This document shows, in pieces, positions 1 through 10,202 of a stretch of 37,751 nucleotides of DNA. The notes below the pieces were generated by a model. It was not told the DNA's origin, did not search any database, and was given only the letters and a program-made list of their open reading frames with translations. The position numbers were made by a program, and so were the translations under genes. Numbering within the stretch: the first letter of the stretch is position 1; each line of letters opens with the position of its first letter. The stretch spans positions 1 through 37,751 of the forward strand of contig NZ_JBQDAA010000003.1 of assembly GCF_052089545.1 (NCBI RefSeq). Direction: 5' to 3'. The DNA comes from Tissierella sp. (lineage in GTDB: Bacteria; Bacillota; Clostridia; Tissierellales; Tissierellaceae).

Positions 1-151
1 CATAATTTAGAGATATTTTCAGAGGTCTGTGTCACATATGTTTGACTTCTCTAGATATTAATTAAAGATTTATTAGCCATTTAAAGAAAAAATAATTCAT
101 TTATGATATAATAAATAAATAGTTAATACATAAGGAAAGAAGGATTAAAAA

Positions 152-2029
152 ATGGATAAAAAACCAACAAAGATAAAACTTTTATTAGAAGATATACTTT
201 TGATAAATCTTTCTTATATATTAGCCCTATATATAAGATTTGATTCAGTTATGGCACCAAAATTTTCTGTGTATTTTGAAATATATATTAAAGTTGCTAT
301 ATTCATAACTATAATTAAACTTATAGTATATAATTTTTTCGATATGTATAATACACTTTGGAAATATGCGAGCGTTAAAGAACTAAGAAATATAGTTATA
401 GCAGTCTTTGTATCAAACACAATAGTCATAAGTGGATTGTTTATAACTAATAACAATCTTCCTAGAGGAATTTATGTTATAGTTACTCTTCTTGAAATGT
501 TCTTGATAGGTGGAATAAGATTTTCTTATAGAACATTTAATAAAAAGAACATATTTACGAGATTTAGAAAGAAAAATAAAAAAAGAATACTTATAGTAGG
601 AGCAGGAGATGCAGGGGCCATGGTTATACGAGAGTTTAGAAACCATGAACAGTTAAATTCAGAACCAATAGCTATAATAGATGATGATGAGAAAAAAAAG
701 GGTAGTTTAATAAATGGTGTAAAAGTGGTTGGAGGAAGAAAAGATATCCTTTCTGTTAGTGAAAACTATATGATAGATGAAATAATAATAGCTATGCCTT
801 CAGCATCAAAAGAAGAAATCAAAGAAGTGCTTGATATATCTAAAGAAACTAAATGTAAGTTAAAAATGCTTCCTGGAATTTATGAACTTATAGATGAAAA
901 GGTAAGTATAAAGGAAATAAGAGATGTAGAAATCTCAGATGTATTAGGTAGAGAAGAGATACGAGTAGATTTAGATCAAATTTGTTCTTATATAACAGGT
1001 AAAACTGTTTTGGTAACGGGTGGAGGAGGCTCCATTGGATCAGAACTTTGTAGACAAATTGTAAGATTTAGTCCAAAGAGACTTGTACTTTTAGACATAT
1101 ATGAAAACTCTGTATATGATGTTCAAATGGAACTAAACAGAAACTATCCTGATTTAAATTTGCAGGTATATATAGGTTCAATTAGAGATAAGGATAGACT
1201 TGAAGAAATATTTGAAATGGAAAAACCACAAGTAATATTCCATGCAGCAGCTCATAAGCATGTTCCACTTATGGAAGATAGTCCAAAAGAAGCTATAAAA
1301 AACAATGTGTTTGGAACACTTAATTTAGCCCAGCTTTCAGATAAATATGGTCTTGAAAGATTTGTAATGATATCAACTGACAAAGCAGTAAATCCAACAA
1401 ATATAATGGGGGCAACTAAAAGACTTTGTGAGATGATAATTCAATCTATAAATGTACATTCTAAAACAGAATTTGTAGCTGTAAGATTTGGAAATGTACT
1501 TGGAAGCAATGGAAGTGTAATTCCACTATTTAAAAGTCAGATAGAAGAAGGCGGGCCTGTAACAGTTACTCATCCAGATATCATAAGATACTTTATGACA
1601 ATACCTGAGGCTGTTCAACTTGTAATCCAAGCTGGTTCCATGGCAAAGGGTGGAGAAGTTTTTATACTTGATATGGGTGAACCTGTAAAGATTATGGATT
1701 TAGCAAGGGACGTTATAAGACTATCTGGATTTGAACCAGATGTAGATATGCCTATTAAAATAACTGGTCTTAGACCTGGTGAGAAACTATTAGAAGAATT
1801 GTTAATGGAAGAAGAGGGCCTGACAAACACTTCTCATGATAAAATATTTGTAGGTAAGCCTACTTTTACAGACTATAGACTACTTTTAAAATCCTTAAAT
1901 GAACTTCAAATCTTAATAAATGAAGGAGCTTTGGAAGATATTATGTCCCAAGTTAAAATGATAGTTCCAACATATAAGGATAATAGAGTTGTAAATAAAG
2001 AAATAGAAGAGAAAAGGAAAAATAGTTAA
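152..2029 (+). CDS. Polysaccharide biosynthesis protein, CapD/PglF/WbpM-type nucleoside-diphosphate sugar 4,6-dehydratase with N-terminal TM segments
   Basis: About 4 N-terminal hydrophobic helices; GAGDAG; TGGGGSIG NAD-binding; HAAAHKHVP; STDKAVNP; MGATK (Met variant of YxxxK typical of this subfamily); RFGNVLGSNGSV. Confidence 0.93.
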   Translation: MDKKPTKIKLLLEDILLINLSYILALYIRFDSVMAPKFSVYFEIYIKVAIFITIIKLIVYNFFDMYNTLWKYASVKELRNIVIAVFVSNTIVISGLFITNNNLPRGIYVIVTLLEMFLIGGIRFSYRTFNKKNIFTRFRKKNKKRILIVGAGDAGAMVIREFRNHEQLNSEPIAIIDDDEKKKGSLINGVKVVGGRKDILSVSENYMIDEIIIAMPSASKEEIKEVLDISKETKCKLKMLPGIYELIDEKVSIKEIRDVEISDVLGREEIRVDLDQICSYITGKTVLVTGGGGSIGSELCRQIVRFSPKRLVLLDIYENSVYDVQMELNRNYPDLNLQVYIGSIRDKDRLEEIFEMEKPQVIFHAAAHKHVPLMEDSPKEAIKNNVFGTLNLAQLSDKYGLERFVMISTDKAVNPTNIMGATKRLCEMIIQSINVHSKTEFVAVRFGNVLGSNGSVIPLFKSQIEEGGPVTVTHPDIIRYFMTIPEAVQLVIQAGSMAKGGEVFILDMGEPVKIMDLARDVIRLSGFEPDVDMPIKITGLRPGEKLLEELLMEEEGLTNTSHDKIFVGKPTFTDYRLLLKSLNELQILINEGALEDIMSQVKMIVPTYKDNRVVNKEIEEKRKNS

Positions 2030-2033
2030 GCAA

Positions 2034-2059
2034 AGACCCTCAAGTCAACTTGAGGGTCT
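2034..2059. terminator. Inverted repeat after capD-like gene, probable terminator
   Basis: AGACCCTCAAG-TCAA-CTTGAGGGTCT perfect 11-bp stem right after the stop codon; weak U-tract. Confidence 0.65.
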
Positions 2060-2110
2060 CTATCTAAAAATATCTTTTAATATAATTTTTCTTTATCTTA
2101 CGGAGCTGGA

Positions 2111-2136
2111 TAAGTAAAGACTAAGTAAAGACTAAG
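2111..2136. repeat. 11-bp tandem duplication TAAGTAAAGAC x2.4
   Basis: TAAGTAAAGAC at 2111-2121 and 2122-2132, followed by TAAG. Confidence 0.8.
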
Positions 2137-2163
2137 CATCAGAAAAGCATCTGACGCAAGTCT
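2124..2163 (-). terminator. Probable terminator hairpin of the small minus-strand ORF
   Basis: Minus strand reads GACT-T-GCGTCAGA-tgcttt-TCTGATGC-TT-AGTC-TTTAC, starting a few nt after the ORF stop. Confidence 0.55.
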
Positions 2164-2166
2164 TCT

Positions 2167-2256
2167 TTACATAATACCCATAACTCCTAGAGCTACTGGA
2201 AGTATAGCTGATATTATAAAAACAGCAACTAAAATCAGAGCTAATTTACGTTTCAT
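2167..2256 (-). CDS. Small 29-aa single-pass membrane peptide MKRKLALILVAVFIISAILPVALGVMGIM (not in ORF track)
   Basis: SD GAGGTGG about 5 nt before ATG (2256); TAA at 2167-2169; basic N-terminus plus long hydrophobic stretch; own promoter and hairpin. Confidence 0.75.
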   Translation of the reverse strand: MKRKLALILVAVFIISAILPVALGVMGIM

Positions 2257-2285
2257 TAAAACCACCTCGTTTAATTATTAGTTTA

Positions 2286-2313
2286 ATTATATTATATTAA
2301 AAAAAATTTACAA
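2286..2313 (-). promoter_or_regulatory. Sigma-A-like promoter for the small peptide gene
   Basis: Minus strand TTGTAA-16 nt-TATAAT. Confidence 0.5.
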
Positions 2314-2330
2314 GTAGAATAAATAAAAAA

Positions 2331-2359
2331 TTGACTAGTCACATAAATTAATATAAAAT
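2331..2359 (+). promoter_or_regulatory. Sigma-A-like promoter of pyrG
   Basis: TTGACT-17 nt-TAAAAT; SD AAGGAG downstream. Confidence 0.6.
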
Positions 2360-2394
2360 TATAGAGTTAATTTAAGATAAAAGGAGAGAAAGAG

Positions 2395-3999
2395 ATGTCA
2401 ACTAAGTATATATTTGTAACTGGAGGAGTTGTATCATCATTAGGAAAAGGAATAACAGCTGCAAGCCTTGGCCAACTTTTAAAAAGTAGAGGCTTAAATG
2501 TAACTATACAAAAATTCGACCCATATATAAATGTGGATCCAAGAAACATGAGTCCCTACCAACATGGAGAAGTATTTGTAACCGATGATGGAGCTGAAAC
2601 TGATCTTGATCTTGGACATTATGAGAGATTTATAGATGTAAATTTAAATAAAAATAGTAATGTTACTGCTGGAAAAGTATATTGGTCAGTTTTAAACAAA
2701 GAAAGAAATGGTGAATATGATGGTAAAACTGTTCAAGTTATTCCTCATATTACTAACGAAATATCTGATAGAATAATAAGAGCATCTAAAGAAGGAGAAA
2801 TAGATGTAGTAATAACTGAAGTAGGTGGAACTATAGGAGATATAGAGTCACTTCCATTTATGGAAGCTATCAGACAGATAAAATATGTTGTAGGAAAAGA
2901 AAATGTAATGTATATACATGTAACTTTAATACCTTATTTAAAAAAGGCTGGAGAGTTAAAAACAAAACCTACCCAGCACAGTGTTAAAGAGTTAAGGGGA
3001 ATAGGTATCCAACCTGATGTATTAATTTGTAGAACTGAACTTCCGCTTGAAGATCACTTAAAAGAAAAGCTTGCTCTTTTTACAGACTTAAAACCTTCTG
3101 AGGTTATAGAAAATATGGATGCGGATTCACTTTATGAAATACCTTTAATGCTCGAGGAGCAGGGACTTTCTAAACTTGTAATAGACCACTTAGGCTTAGA
3201 AACTAATGAACTTGACTTAAGTCATTGGCATGAGCTAATAGAAAAGGTAAAAAATATAAAAGGTGAAGTTAATATTGCTCTAATAGGAAAATATGTAGAA
3301 CTTCAAGATGCTTATATTTCAGTAGTAGAGTCCTTGAAACATGGTGGTATTGAAAATGGTGTAGATATAAAAATAAAATGGATACAAGCAAGAGATTTAG
3401 ATTGTGAAAACTGTCAAGATATTTTAAAAGGTATGCATGGTATACTTATACCTGGTGGATTTGATGATAGAGGCGTAAAGGGAAAGCTTGAAGCTATTGA
3501 ATATGCTAGAGAAAACCAAGTTCCTTATCTAGGGATATCACTTGGAATGCAGCTTGCAGTTGTAGACTATGCTAGAAATGTACTTGGTCTCAAAGATGCA
3601 GATAGTACTGAGTGGAATAAAGAGACAGAAAATCCAGTAATAGATTTAAGACCTGAACAACCAGATTTAGATCTTCAAAATGGAGAAATAAGACTTGGGC
3701 TTTTCCCTTGTAAGTTAAAGGAAGATACACTTGCGAAAGAGATATACAATGACGAACTTATATATGAAAGACATATGAATAGATATGAAATAAACAATGA
3801 ATATAAGGAAAGACTTATAGAAAAAGGCCTTATAGTATCAGGTATATCACCTGATGAAAGATTAATAGAAGTAGTAGAGCTAAAGGATCATCCTTGGTTT
3901 ATAGGGGTAAACTTCCATCCAGAGTTTAAATCAAGACCAACACATGCACATCCTTTATTTAGAGAGTTTATAAAAGCAGCAATAAAAAACAGAAAATAA
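2395..3999 (+). CDS. pyrG: CTP synthase (glutaminase domain degenerate, catalytic Cys->Ser)
   Basis: [45 protein letters not shown]; nucleophile motif reads GISLGMQ. Confidence 0.97.
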   Translation: MSTKYIFVTGGVVSSLGKGITAASLGQLLKSRGLNVTIQKFDPYINVDPRNMSPYQHGEVFVTDDGAETDLDLGHYERFIDVNLNKNSNVTAGKVYWSVLNKERNGEYDGKTVQVIPHITNEISDRIIRASKEGEIDVVITEVGGTIGDIESLPFMEAIRQIKYVVGKENVMYIHVTLIPYLKKAGELKTKPTQHSVKELRGIGIQPDVLICRTELPLEDHLKEKLALFTDLKPSEVIENMDADSLYEIPLMLEEQGLSKLVIDHLGLETNELDLSHWHELIEKVKNIKGEVNIALIGKYVELQDAYISVVESLKHGGIENGVDIKIKWIQARDLDCENCQDILKGMHGILIPGGFDDRGVKGKLEAIEYARENQVPYLGISLGMQLAVVDYARNVLGLKDADSTEWNKETENPVIDLRPEQPDLDLQNGEIRLGLFPCKLKEDTLAKEIYNDELIYERHMNRYEINNEYKERLIEKGLIVSGISPDERLIEVVELKDHPWFIGVNFHPEFKSRPTHAHPLFREFIKAAIKNRK

Positions 4000-4003
4000 T
4001 TTC

Positions 4004-4032
4004 AAGCCTAAGTCAATTGACTTAGGCTTTTT
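4004..4032 (+). terminator. Rho-independent terminator after pyrG
   Basis: Perfect palindrome AAGCCTAAGTCAA/TTGACTTAGGCTT plus T-run. Confidence 0.8.
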
Positions 4033-4081
4033 AATAGAAAATAAAGATAAAAAATGATAAAGTAAATAAGAGGTGATTTAT

Positions 4082-6730
4082 GTGAAAGTTATGAAGCTTG
4101 AGGAGTTTTCAAGTACATATTTATTAGAAGAAAAGTTTTTCATTGTACCTAGTAAAAATATAGGACTTTTAATGATAAATAATATGCTTATAAGAGGACA
4201 TAATGCACTTAATTTAAAACCAATAACCTTAGAAAGACTTAGCTTTGAAATATGCAAAAGATATATGGAAGAAAATAACATACTAGCTATAGATGATATA
4301 TTAGGTAAAAATTTAGTGCTTGACTGTTTAAAGGAATTGGAATCCAAAGAAGAAGATTTCTTTTTTGAAAGAAAGTTAATAGACATAAATACTGCAGAGG
4401 AAGTTTATAAGGTAATCATGGAACTTAAATCTAATAAGATAGATGTTTTCCCAGACGAAAAGGATTTACATAAAATATATAAAGTATATAGTGAAAAACT
4501 AAAAAAATTAAATGCTATGGATTACTGTGATGTTATGATAAAAGCATTAGAAGTTAAGGAATTAGAAGATTTTAATAAAAAACTTATAGGAGTAGCATCA
4601 AATATAGAATTTCATAATCTAGAAAAGGATCTTTTTAATAAATTAGGTTCAAAAAAGGTAAAGATAAGAATGCCGGTGAAAAAGCTTGATAATTTACCTA
4701 AGGAATATTTCTTTAAAGATGAAAATAAAGAGAAAGTTGTAGAAAAAGAAATATGTTTCTTTAATGAATATGGTATTAGAAATGAAATAGATTTTATTAT
4801 AAAAGATATATTTGAAAAAGGCAGATGCTTTGAAGATGTTGTAGTATCTTATACAGATAGAAAATATATAGAGCACTTAAATATAGAATTTGAAAAAAAC
4901 AATATAGGAATAGATTTTGCTGAAGGTTTAAGTCTTTTACCTAGTACAAGTTATAGATTTATAGAATCACTTTTTAACTTTTATGGGAATCATTATAGTT
5001 TAAATGAAATAAAACCTATCTTCCTTAATGGAAGTCTTAATATAGAAAAAGAATCTACTTTAAAAAAAGAAAATATTACACAAGGGGCCATGCATGAAGA
5101 GTTAGTATCTTTAGGAGCTAGTGAGGGGAAGGATGCTTATGAAAAGCTAAAATATAACTTTAATAATATAAGCTCTTATTCTCGTGATAGAAGAGAATGG
5201 TTAAAAGAATTTTTTGGAGATATTTTGTTTCCTATATTTGAAAAGGAGATAGAATTTAAGGACTATATTGAAAGAATTATGGATTTAATTAAAAAGTACG
5301 TTAAAGTAAAAACTGATCATGATAAGTCTTCTAAGGCTGAAATGTTAGATACCTTAAGAGATATAAAGAAAATAGATTTGAATATCCAAAAGAAAGAATA
5401 TAAAGATATGATTTTAAACTATATTGAAGATATAAGAGTTATGAGAAAGGGAATAAATCCTTCTCGTATATTTGCTTGCCCCTATGATAATGCTGCATAT
5501 ACTGGTAGAAAGTATCTTTATTTAATAGGTTTAGATAGTGATACTGTAAATAGTGAAATAGTAGAATCGCCAATACTCCTTGATACCATTAGGCGAGATA
5601 TTTCTTTAAGTTTATCTTTTTCTAAAGAAAGATATAAATATAAAAAATATAAGATAAAGGAAACTTTAAGTGCAGATTTTGAAAGTATAAGCATAGGATA
5701 TTCCAATTTTAATATGGTAGATGTAAAAGCTAAAACACCTTCAAGCGTATATATAGAATTAAAAGAAGAGTATAAAGAAGAAGATATTTGTAAAAGTGAA
5801 AAGAAAAACCTTTTAGCAAAAGACCTAGTCACTTCTGGATCGTCTTTAGAAACACTTGGACAATGTTCAAGAAAACTTTATTTTAAAAAGGCAATGGGTC
5901 TAAAGGAAAAAGATGAAATAGAAATTGATATGGATAGATGGCTTAATCCTTTAGAGAAAGGGATTTTAGTCCATGAAATATTAAACATATACTTTGATTT
6001 ACAAAAAGAATCTAGAATAGAAGATGAACTTTTAAATATAATTGATGAAAAGTGTAAAGAAATGCAAAAAGAAATACCGTATATATTGGAAAATGTGTAT
6101 ATAAGAGAAAAAGAAGAGATAAAGAAATATTGCAAATCTATAGTTAAAAAACAAGAGTTAGATTCTTTTCAAGTGCTAGTAAATGAACTATCTTTTGGAC
6201 TGGAAAAAATAAATCGTATTTTTGGACCATTGAAAGAACAAAAAGTTCAAATAGGAGATACTTGTTTAAATGTAAAAGGAGCAATAGATAGAATAGACAT
6301 AAATGACTATAAAAGGTCTATTAAGATAGTAGATTATAAAACTGGAAGTTTAGAAAACTTTGATAGAAAGCTTAGAAGATCTTCAGGAAGTGGAAAAAAT
6401 AAAACTCATGATTATAGTGATGGTCAAAAGTTTCAGTTTTTCATATATAAAAAAGCTTTAGAAGATATATTAAAAAATGATGAAAGGTTTAAAGACTATA
6501 CTATAGAATCTTTTTCCTATGACTTTGGAGTGAAATCTATAGATTTAGATTTTGACAAAGAACTTTTAGAGAAAATAGAAGATAGGATACAGTATCTTTT
6601 ACAAATAGATATATTGGAACATGATAAAATGATAGTTTATGATGAGGCAGATGCTCTTACATGTAAATACTGTGAGTTTAAAAATATATGTAAAACAGAT
6701 TCTAGCAAATTAAAAAAGGAGGCAGAGTAG
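4082..6730 (+). CDS. AddB-like protein: degenerate helicase scaffold plus C-terminal PD-(D/E)xK nuclease with 4-Cys Fe-S staple
   Basis: SGSSLETLGQCS, KGILVHEIL, ELSFG, GAIDRID, IVDYKTG, CKYCEFKNIC; start moved to GTG 4082 (SD GAGGTGA); directly abuts AddA-like gene. Confidence 0.82.
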   Translation: MKVMKLEEFSSTYLLEEKFFIVPSKNIGLLMINNMLIRGHNALNLKPITLERLSFEICKRYMEENNILAIDDILGKNLVLDCLKELESKEEDFFFERKLIDINTAEEVYKVIMELKSNKIDVFPDEKDLHKIYKVYSEKLKKLNAMDYCDVMIKALEVKELEDFNKKLIGVASNIEFHNLEKDLFNKLGSKKVKIRMPVKKLDNLPKEYFFKDENKEKVVEKEICFFNEYGIRNEIDFIIKDIFEKGRCFEDVVVSYTDRKYIEHLNIEFEKNNIGIDFAEGLSLLPSTSYRFIESLFNFYGNHYSLNEIKPIFLNGSLNIEKESTLKKENITQGAMHEELVSLGASEGKDAYEKLKYNFNNISSYSRDRREWLKEFFGDILFPIFEKEIEFKDYIERIMDLIKKYVKVKTDHDKSSKAEMLDTLRDIKKIDLNIQKKEYKDMILNYIEDIRVMRKGINPSRIFACPYDNAAYTGRKYLYLIGLDSDTVNSEIVESPILLDTIRRDISLSLSFSKERYKYKKYKIKETLSADFESISIGYSNFNMVDVKAKTPSSVYIELKEEYKEEDICKSEKKNLLAKDLVTSGSSLETLGQCSRKLYFKKAMGLKEKDEIEIDMDRWLNPLEKGILVHEILNIYFDLQKESRIEDELLNIIDEKCKEMQKEIPYILENVYIREKEEIKKYCKSIVKKQELDSFQVLVNELSFGLEKINRIFGPLKEQKVQIGDTCLNVKGAIDRIDINDYKRSIKIVDYKTGSLENFDRKLRRSSGSGKNKTHDYSDGQKFQFFIYKKALEDILKNDERFKDYTIESFSYDFGVKSIDLDFDKELLEKIEDRIQYLLQIDILEHDKMIVYDEADALTCKYCEFKNICKTDSSKLKKEAE

Positions 6731-9700
6731 ATGGAAAAGCTTATAGAATTAGAATTTCAAAAAAGAGAAGAGATAGTAAATACATTCGATAAAAACTATC
6801 TACTTGAAGCTGGAGCTGGGGCTGGTAAAACTACTATTATAGTAGAAAGAATTATAAACCATATAATAAGTGAAAAAATAGAAGCTAAAAATATAGTAGC
6901 TATAACATTTACTAAAGCTGCATCTTTAGAACTTGCTGAAAGAATTGAAAGAGAAGCTTTAGAATATCTATCTAAAGAAAAAGATAAATCTACTAGGGAA
7001 AACTTAGAAAGAGTAGAAGAACTTTTTTCTGGGACTATTCATTCATTTTGTGAGATGCTACTTAGAGAGATGCCTTTTGAAGCAGGTCTTACTCCAGGAT
7101 ATGAGATAGTAGAAGATAGTAATGAGTTTTATGAAAAAATCTGGTATGAATTTTTAAGGAATAATAAGGATAAATATAAAGAATATATAGATTTATTTAG
7201 ACTCTTTAATATTGATTATAGAGATTTAAAGCAAGGTGCAATATCAGTTATGGATAATCCCGATATAAACTTTGTAGGCTTTGATCTAGGTATAGATTAT
7301 GAAGAGTTGAAAGATAGGTTTAAATCTTTAGATAAGAAAGCCTTAAACACTTCATTTATAAAACAAGGTTCAAATCTCGGTAAACTCTTTGTTAAAATTA
7401 TAGAAGAGGGAGGAGATTTAAATAAATATATAAGTGATTTACTGAAAGAATGTCCTAAAATAAATTCAGATGATGATTTGACTAGTAAATATATATATAA
7501 AAAGCATCAGGAGAAAGATGAAGCTAAAGATATAGTAGACTTTATAGAAAAAATAATTGAAATATACAGTAGCTTAAATGCGATCATATATAATATTTGT
7601 ACAGAATTTGTAAATTTAGTAGGAGAATATAAAGAGGTGGAGTATACAAACTATCTTACCTTTAATGATTTACTTTTCAAGGCTTGTAAACTTATTAAAA
7701 CATCTAAAAAGGCTAGAGAACACTTTAGAGGTAAATTTAAGTATTTTTATATAGATGAAGCACAAGATACAGATCCACTACAAGCAGAACTTTTGCTTCT
7801 TTTAAGTCATGATGGTGATATTGAAGATTTAAAATCTTTTACAGATGTTAATCCAAAGGCTGGTTCCCTCTTTATAGTTGCAGATCCTAAACAAAGTATA
7901 TATAGATTTAGAAGAGCTGATATAAGTATATATGAATCTGTAAAAGGAGTAATAGATAGGTTTGGAGAAGTTGTAAATTTAGATATAAACTTTAGATCTA
8001 CGAATGGAATATGTAAATGGGTAGAAAAAACTTTCAAAGATAGAAGTGATGGATTTGCATTTTTAGAAGAGGCAAGTGATACTCAAGCGGGATTTAAAGG
8101 AATACTTAACTTTTGGAAAGAAGATGAAAAAGAAGATTCAAAACATCTGTCTGGAGTATATAAATATGAAACTCAAGATGCAAACATAGATGAAGAAGAA
8201 ATAGAAAAAGATAAAGAAACACAAAGAGAAGTAAAAGAGGAAGAATATATTGCAAACTTAGTTAGAGATATTATAGATACAAAATATATAGATGAAAAAA
8301 TTGGCAGAGATGAATTTACAAATAGAAGAGTAGAAAATAAAGACATAATGATATTGACTAAAACAAACGAAGAAACTGGAATATTCTTAGACGAATTAAA
8401 AAGAAACAATATACCAGCACTTTTAGCAGGAGAAAAAAGGTTGTCAGATAATAGGGAAGTTTTAAATCTTTTTTTACTGTTAGACTTTTTAATAGACCCT
8501 AGGGACGATATAAAATTTGTTGCTGTTCTTAGAAATTGTTTTTATTTGGAAGTTGAAACGGTAAACTTATTGTTCAATAAAGGGAAGAAAGCAAATGTTA
8601 TGTTTAATGATGAGGAGTTTAAAAGAATCGATCATCCGCACTTAAAAGAATCTATTGCTTATTTAAAAGAAATTTTTACAAAATCTAAATATGAAGATCC
8701 TATAATATTTATTGAAAAACTTATAAAAGAAAAGATCGGAATATATGATACCCACAAAGAATATAGCGAAATAGAAAAAAGAGATGGCCATTCTTCTTTA
8801 GTCCAGACGGTGGAACTGTTAAAATCAAAAGGAGCTATAAGTCTTTACGGTATAAAAGAAGAGCTTAAAGAACTTATAGACAACAAAATAAATTATGAAC
8901 TCCCTGTAAACTTAAATTTTGCACAAAATGCAGTTAGAGTTATGAATATACACAAATCAAAAGGGTTGGAAGCAAATATAGTTATACTAGTTGGGTGGGA
9001 TAAAAAAAGAACTCTCATGCCTGATAGTTATCATGTAGAAAAAATAAAAGATGAAAATATTGGATATATTGTATGTAAAAGTAAAACATTAGTAAAATCT
9101 CCAGAAGAAAAAATACGCAAAGATAAGGAAAAGGAATTTAAAGATGCAGAATTAGATAGACTTATATATGTAGCCTCTACTAGAGCGAAGTCAGTTTTAA
9201 TATTGCCAGCTATAGAAGATGAAAAAATGTTTTTATATCCTTTAAACAAAGAAATAGATAAAAAACTTTATTTAAAAGAACCTAATTTAGAAAATAAAAA
9301 AGAAATCTTATCAAATAGAAAAATTGAGGAAATGAATTTAACTAAGGAAATAGATATAAAAAGAAAAATATCTAAGGCTAGTTACGAAAAACTAAGTCCT
9401 TCTACTTATGAGAAAAAAAATTCATTTAAAAGTAACTATAATACTTTGAAAGAAGATTTTGTTCCAAGAGGTAAAATATATGGAACTATAGTCCACAAAG
9501 TATTTGAAATAATTTTAAAAGATATAGTAGATATAAATGATATATTAAAATCAAACATAGACTATGCCATAAAAGTATCTATAAAAGAATCATTAGATTC
9601 TATAGATTTAGATAAAGAAATTCTTGAAAGTCTTGTGCCTAAAAATGAGTTTAATTTAGAAATAGATAAAATGGAAAGTATAAAAGAGGAAACTACAAAG

Positions 9701-10114
9701 TTTTTATCAGAAAATTTAAAGAAGATGGTTGATTCATTTATAGACAATGAAATAGTAGTAGATGTATTTTCTAATGCTAAGTTAATATTGACAGAATTTC
9801 CATTTTATGTAGCCCTAGATTCCACTTTATTAGATTTAGATAAAAAGGAAGAAGTCCTAAGTTTAGTAAGTGGAGAAATGGATCTTTTAGTTCAAGGTAA
9901 TGATGATAATTTTACTATAATTGATTATAAAACAGATATAGTAGATGAAAATTCTATTGAAAATTTAAAGGAACGATATAGTTTTCAACTAGAAAGCTAT
10001 AAAAAAAGTTTACAAGTAGTATTAAAAGAAAAAAATATGAAAGTAGATGATGTATATATTTACTCTACCTATTTACAAAAAATGATAAATTTGAAAAAAG
10101 TAGCCCTAGCCTAG
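6731..10114 (+). CDS. AddA-like UvrD/SF1 helicase with C-terminal RecB-type nuclease
   Basis: EAGAGAGKT (Walker A), AITFTKAAS, TIHSFC, IDEAQDT, ADPKQSIYRFRRAD, NFRS, NIHKSKGLEA, YVASTRAK; nuclease GEMDLLV...IIDYKT...QLESY. Confidence 0.9.
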   Translation: MEKLIELEFQKREEIVNTFDKNYLLEAGAGAGKTTIIVERIINHIISEKIEAKNIVAITFTKAASLELAERIEREALEYLSKEKDKSTRENLERVEELFSGTIHSFCEMLLREMPFEAGLTPGYEIVEDSNEFYEKIWYEFLRNNKDKYKEYIDLFRLFNIDYRDLKQGAISVMDNPDINFVGFDLGIDYEELKDRFKSLDKKALNTSFIKQGSNLGKLFVKIIEEGGDLNKYISDLLKECPKINSDDDLTSKYIYKKHQEKDEAKDIVDFIEKIIEIYSSLNAIIYNICTEFVNLVGEYKEVEYTNYLTFNDLLFKACKLIKTSKKAREHFRGKFKYFYIDEAQDTDPLQAELLLLLSHDGDIEDLKSFTDVNPKAGSLFIVADPKQSIYRFRRADISIYESVKGVIDRFGEVVNLDINFRSTNGICKWVEKTFKDRSDGFAFLEEASDTQAGFKGILNFWKEDEKEDSKHLSGVYKYETQDANIDEEEIEKDKETQREVKEEEYIANLVRDIIDTKYIDEKIGRDEFTNRRVENKDIMILTKTNEETGIFLDELKRNNIPALLAGEKRLSDNREVLNLFLLLDFLIDPRDDIKFVAVLRNCFYLEVETVNLLFNKGKKANVMFNDEEFKRIDHPHLKESIAYLKEIFTKSKYEDPIIFIEKLIKEKIGIYDTHKEYSEIEKRDGHSSLVQTVELLKSKGAISLYGIKEELKELIDNKINYELPVNLNFAQNAVRVMNIHKSKGLEANIVILVGWDKKRTLMPDSYHVEKIKDENIGYIVCKSKTLVKSPEEKIRKDKEKEFKDAELDRLIYVASTRAKSVLILPAIEDEKMFLYPLNKEIDKKLYLKEPNLENKKEILSNRKIEEMNLTKEIDIKRKISKASYEKLSPSTYEKKNSFKSNYNTLKEDFVPRGKIYGTIVHKVFEIILKDIVDINDILKSNIDYAIKVSIKESLDSIDLDKEILESLVPKNEFNLEIDKMESIKEETTKFLSENLKKMVDSFIDNEIVVDVFSNAKLILTEFPFYVALDSTLLDLDKKEEVLSLVSGEMDLLVQGNDDNFTIIDYKTDIVDENSIENLKERYSFQLESYKKSLQVVLKEKNMKVDDVYIYSTYLQKMINLKKVALA

Positions 10115-10144
10115 ATAAAGGAAATTTCCTTTATCTATTTTTTT
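10112..10144 (+). terminator. Terminator after addA-like gene
   Basis: Perfect palindrome TAGATAAAGGAAA/TTTCCTTTATCTA plus T7. Confidence 0.75.
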
Positions 10145-10202
10145 GTTGGAAAGTAACTATATAAGGGTATCTTATATGTACTAAGAGATAAAGGATGATT
10201 GG

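Noticed and set aside
2111-2136. TAAGTAAAGAC repeats as a CRISPR remnant
   Set aside because: 11-bp unit, no spacers, no cas genes; a simple slippage duplication.
2360-2394. B. subtilis-type pyrG attenuator (GGGC reiterative transcription)
   Set aside because: Leader is only about 30 nt, with no GGGC start and no terminator hairpin.
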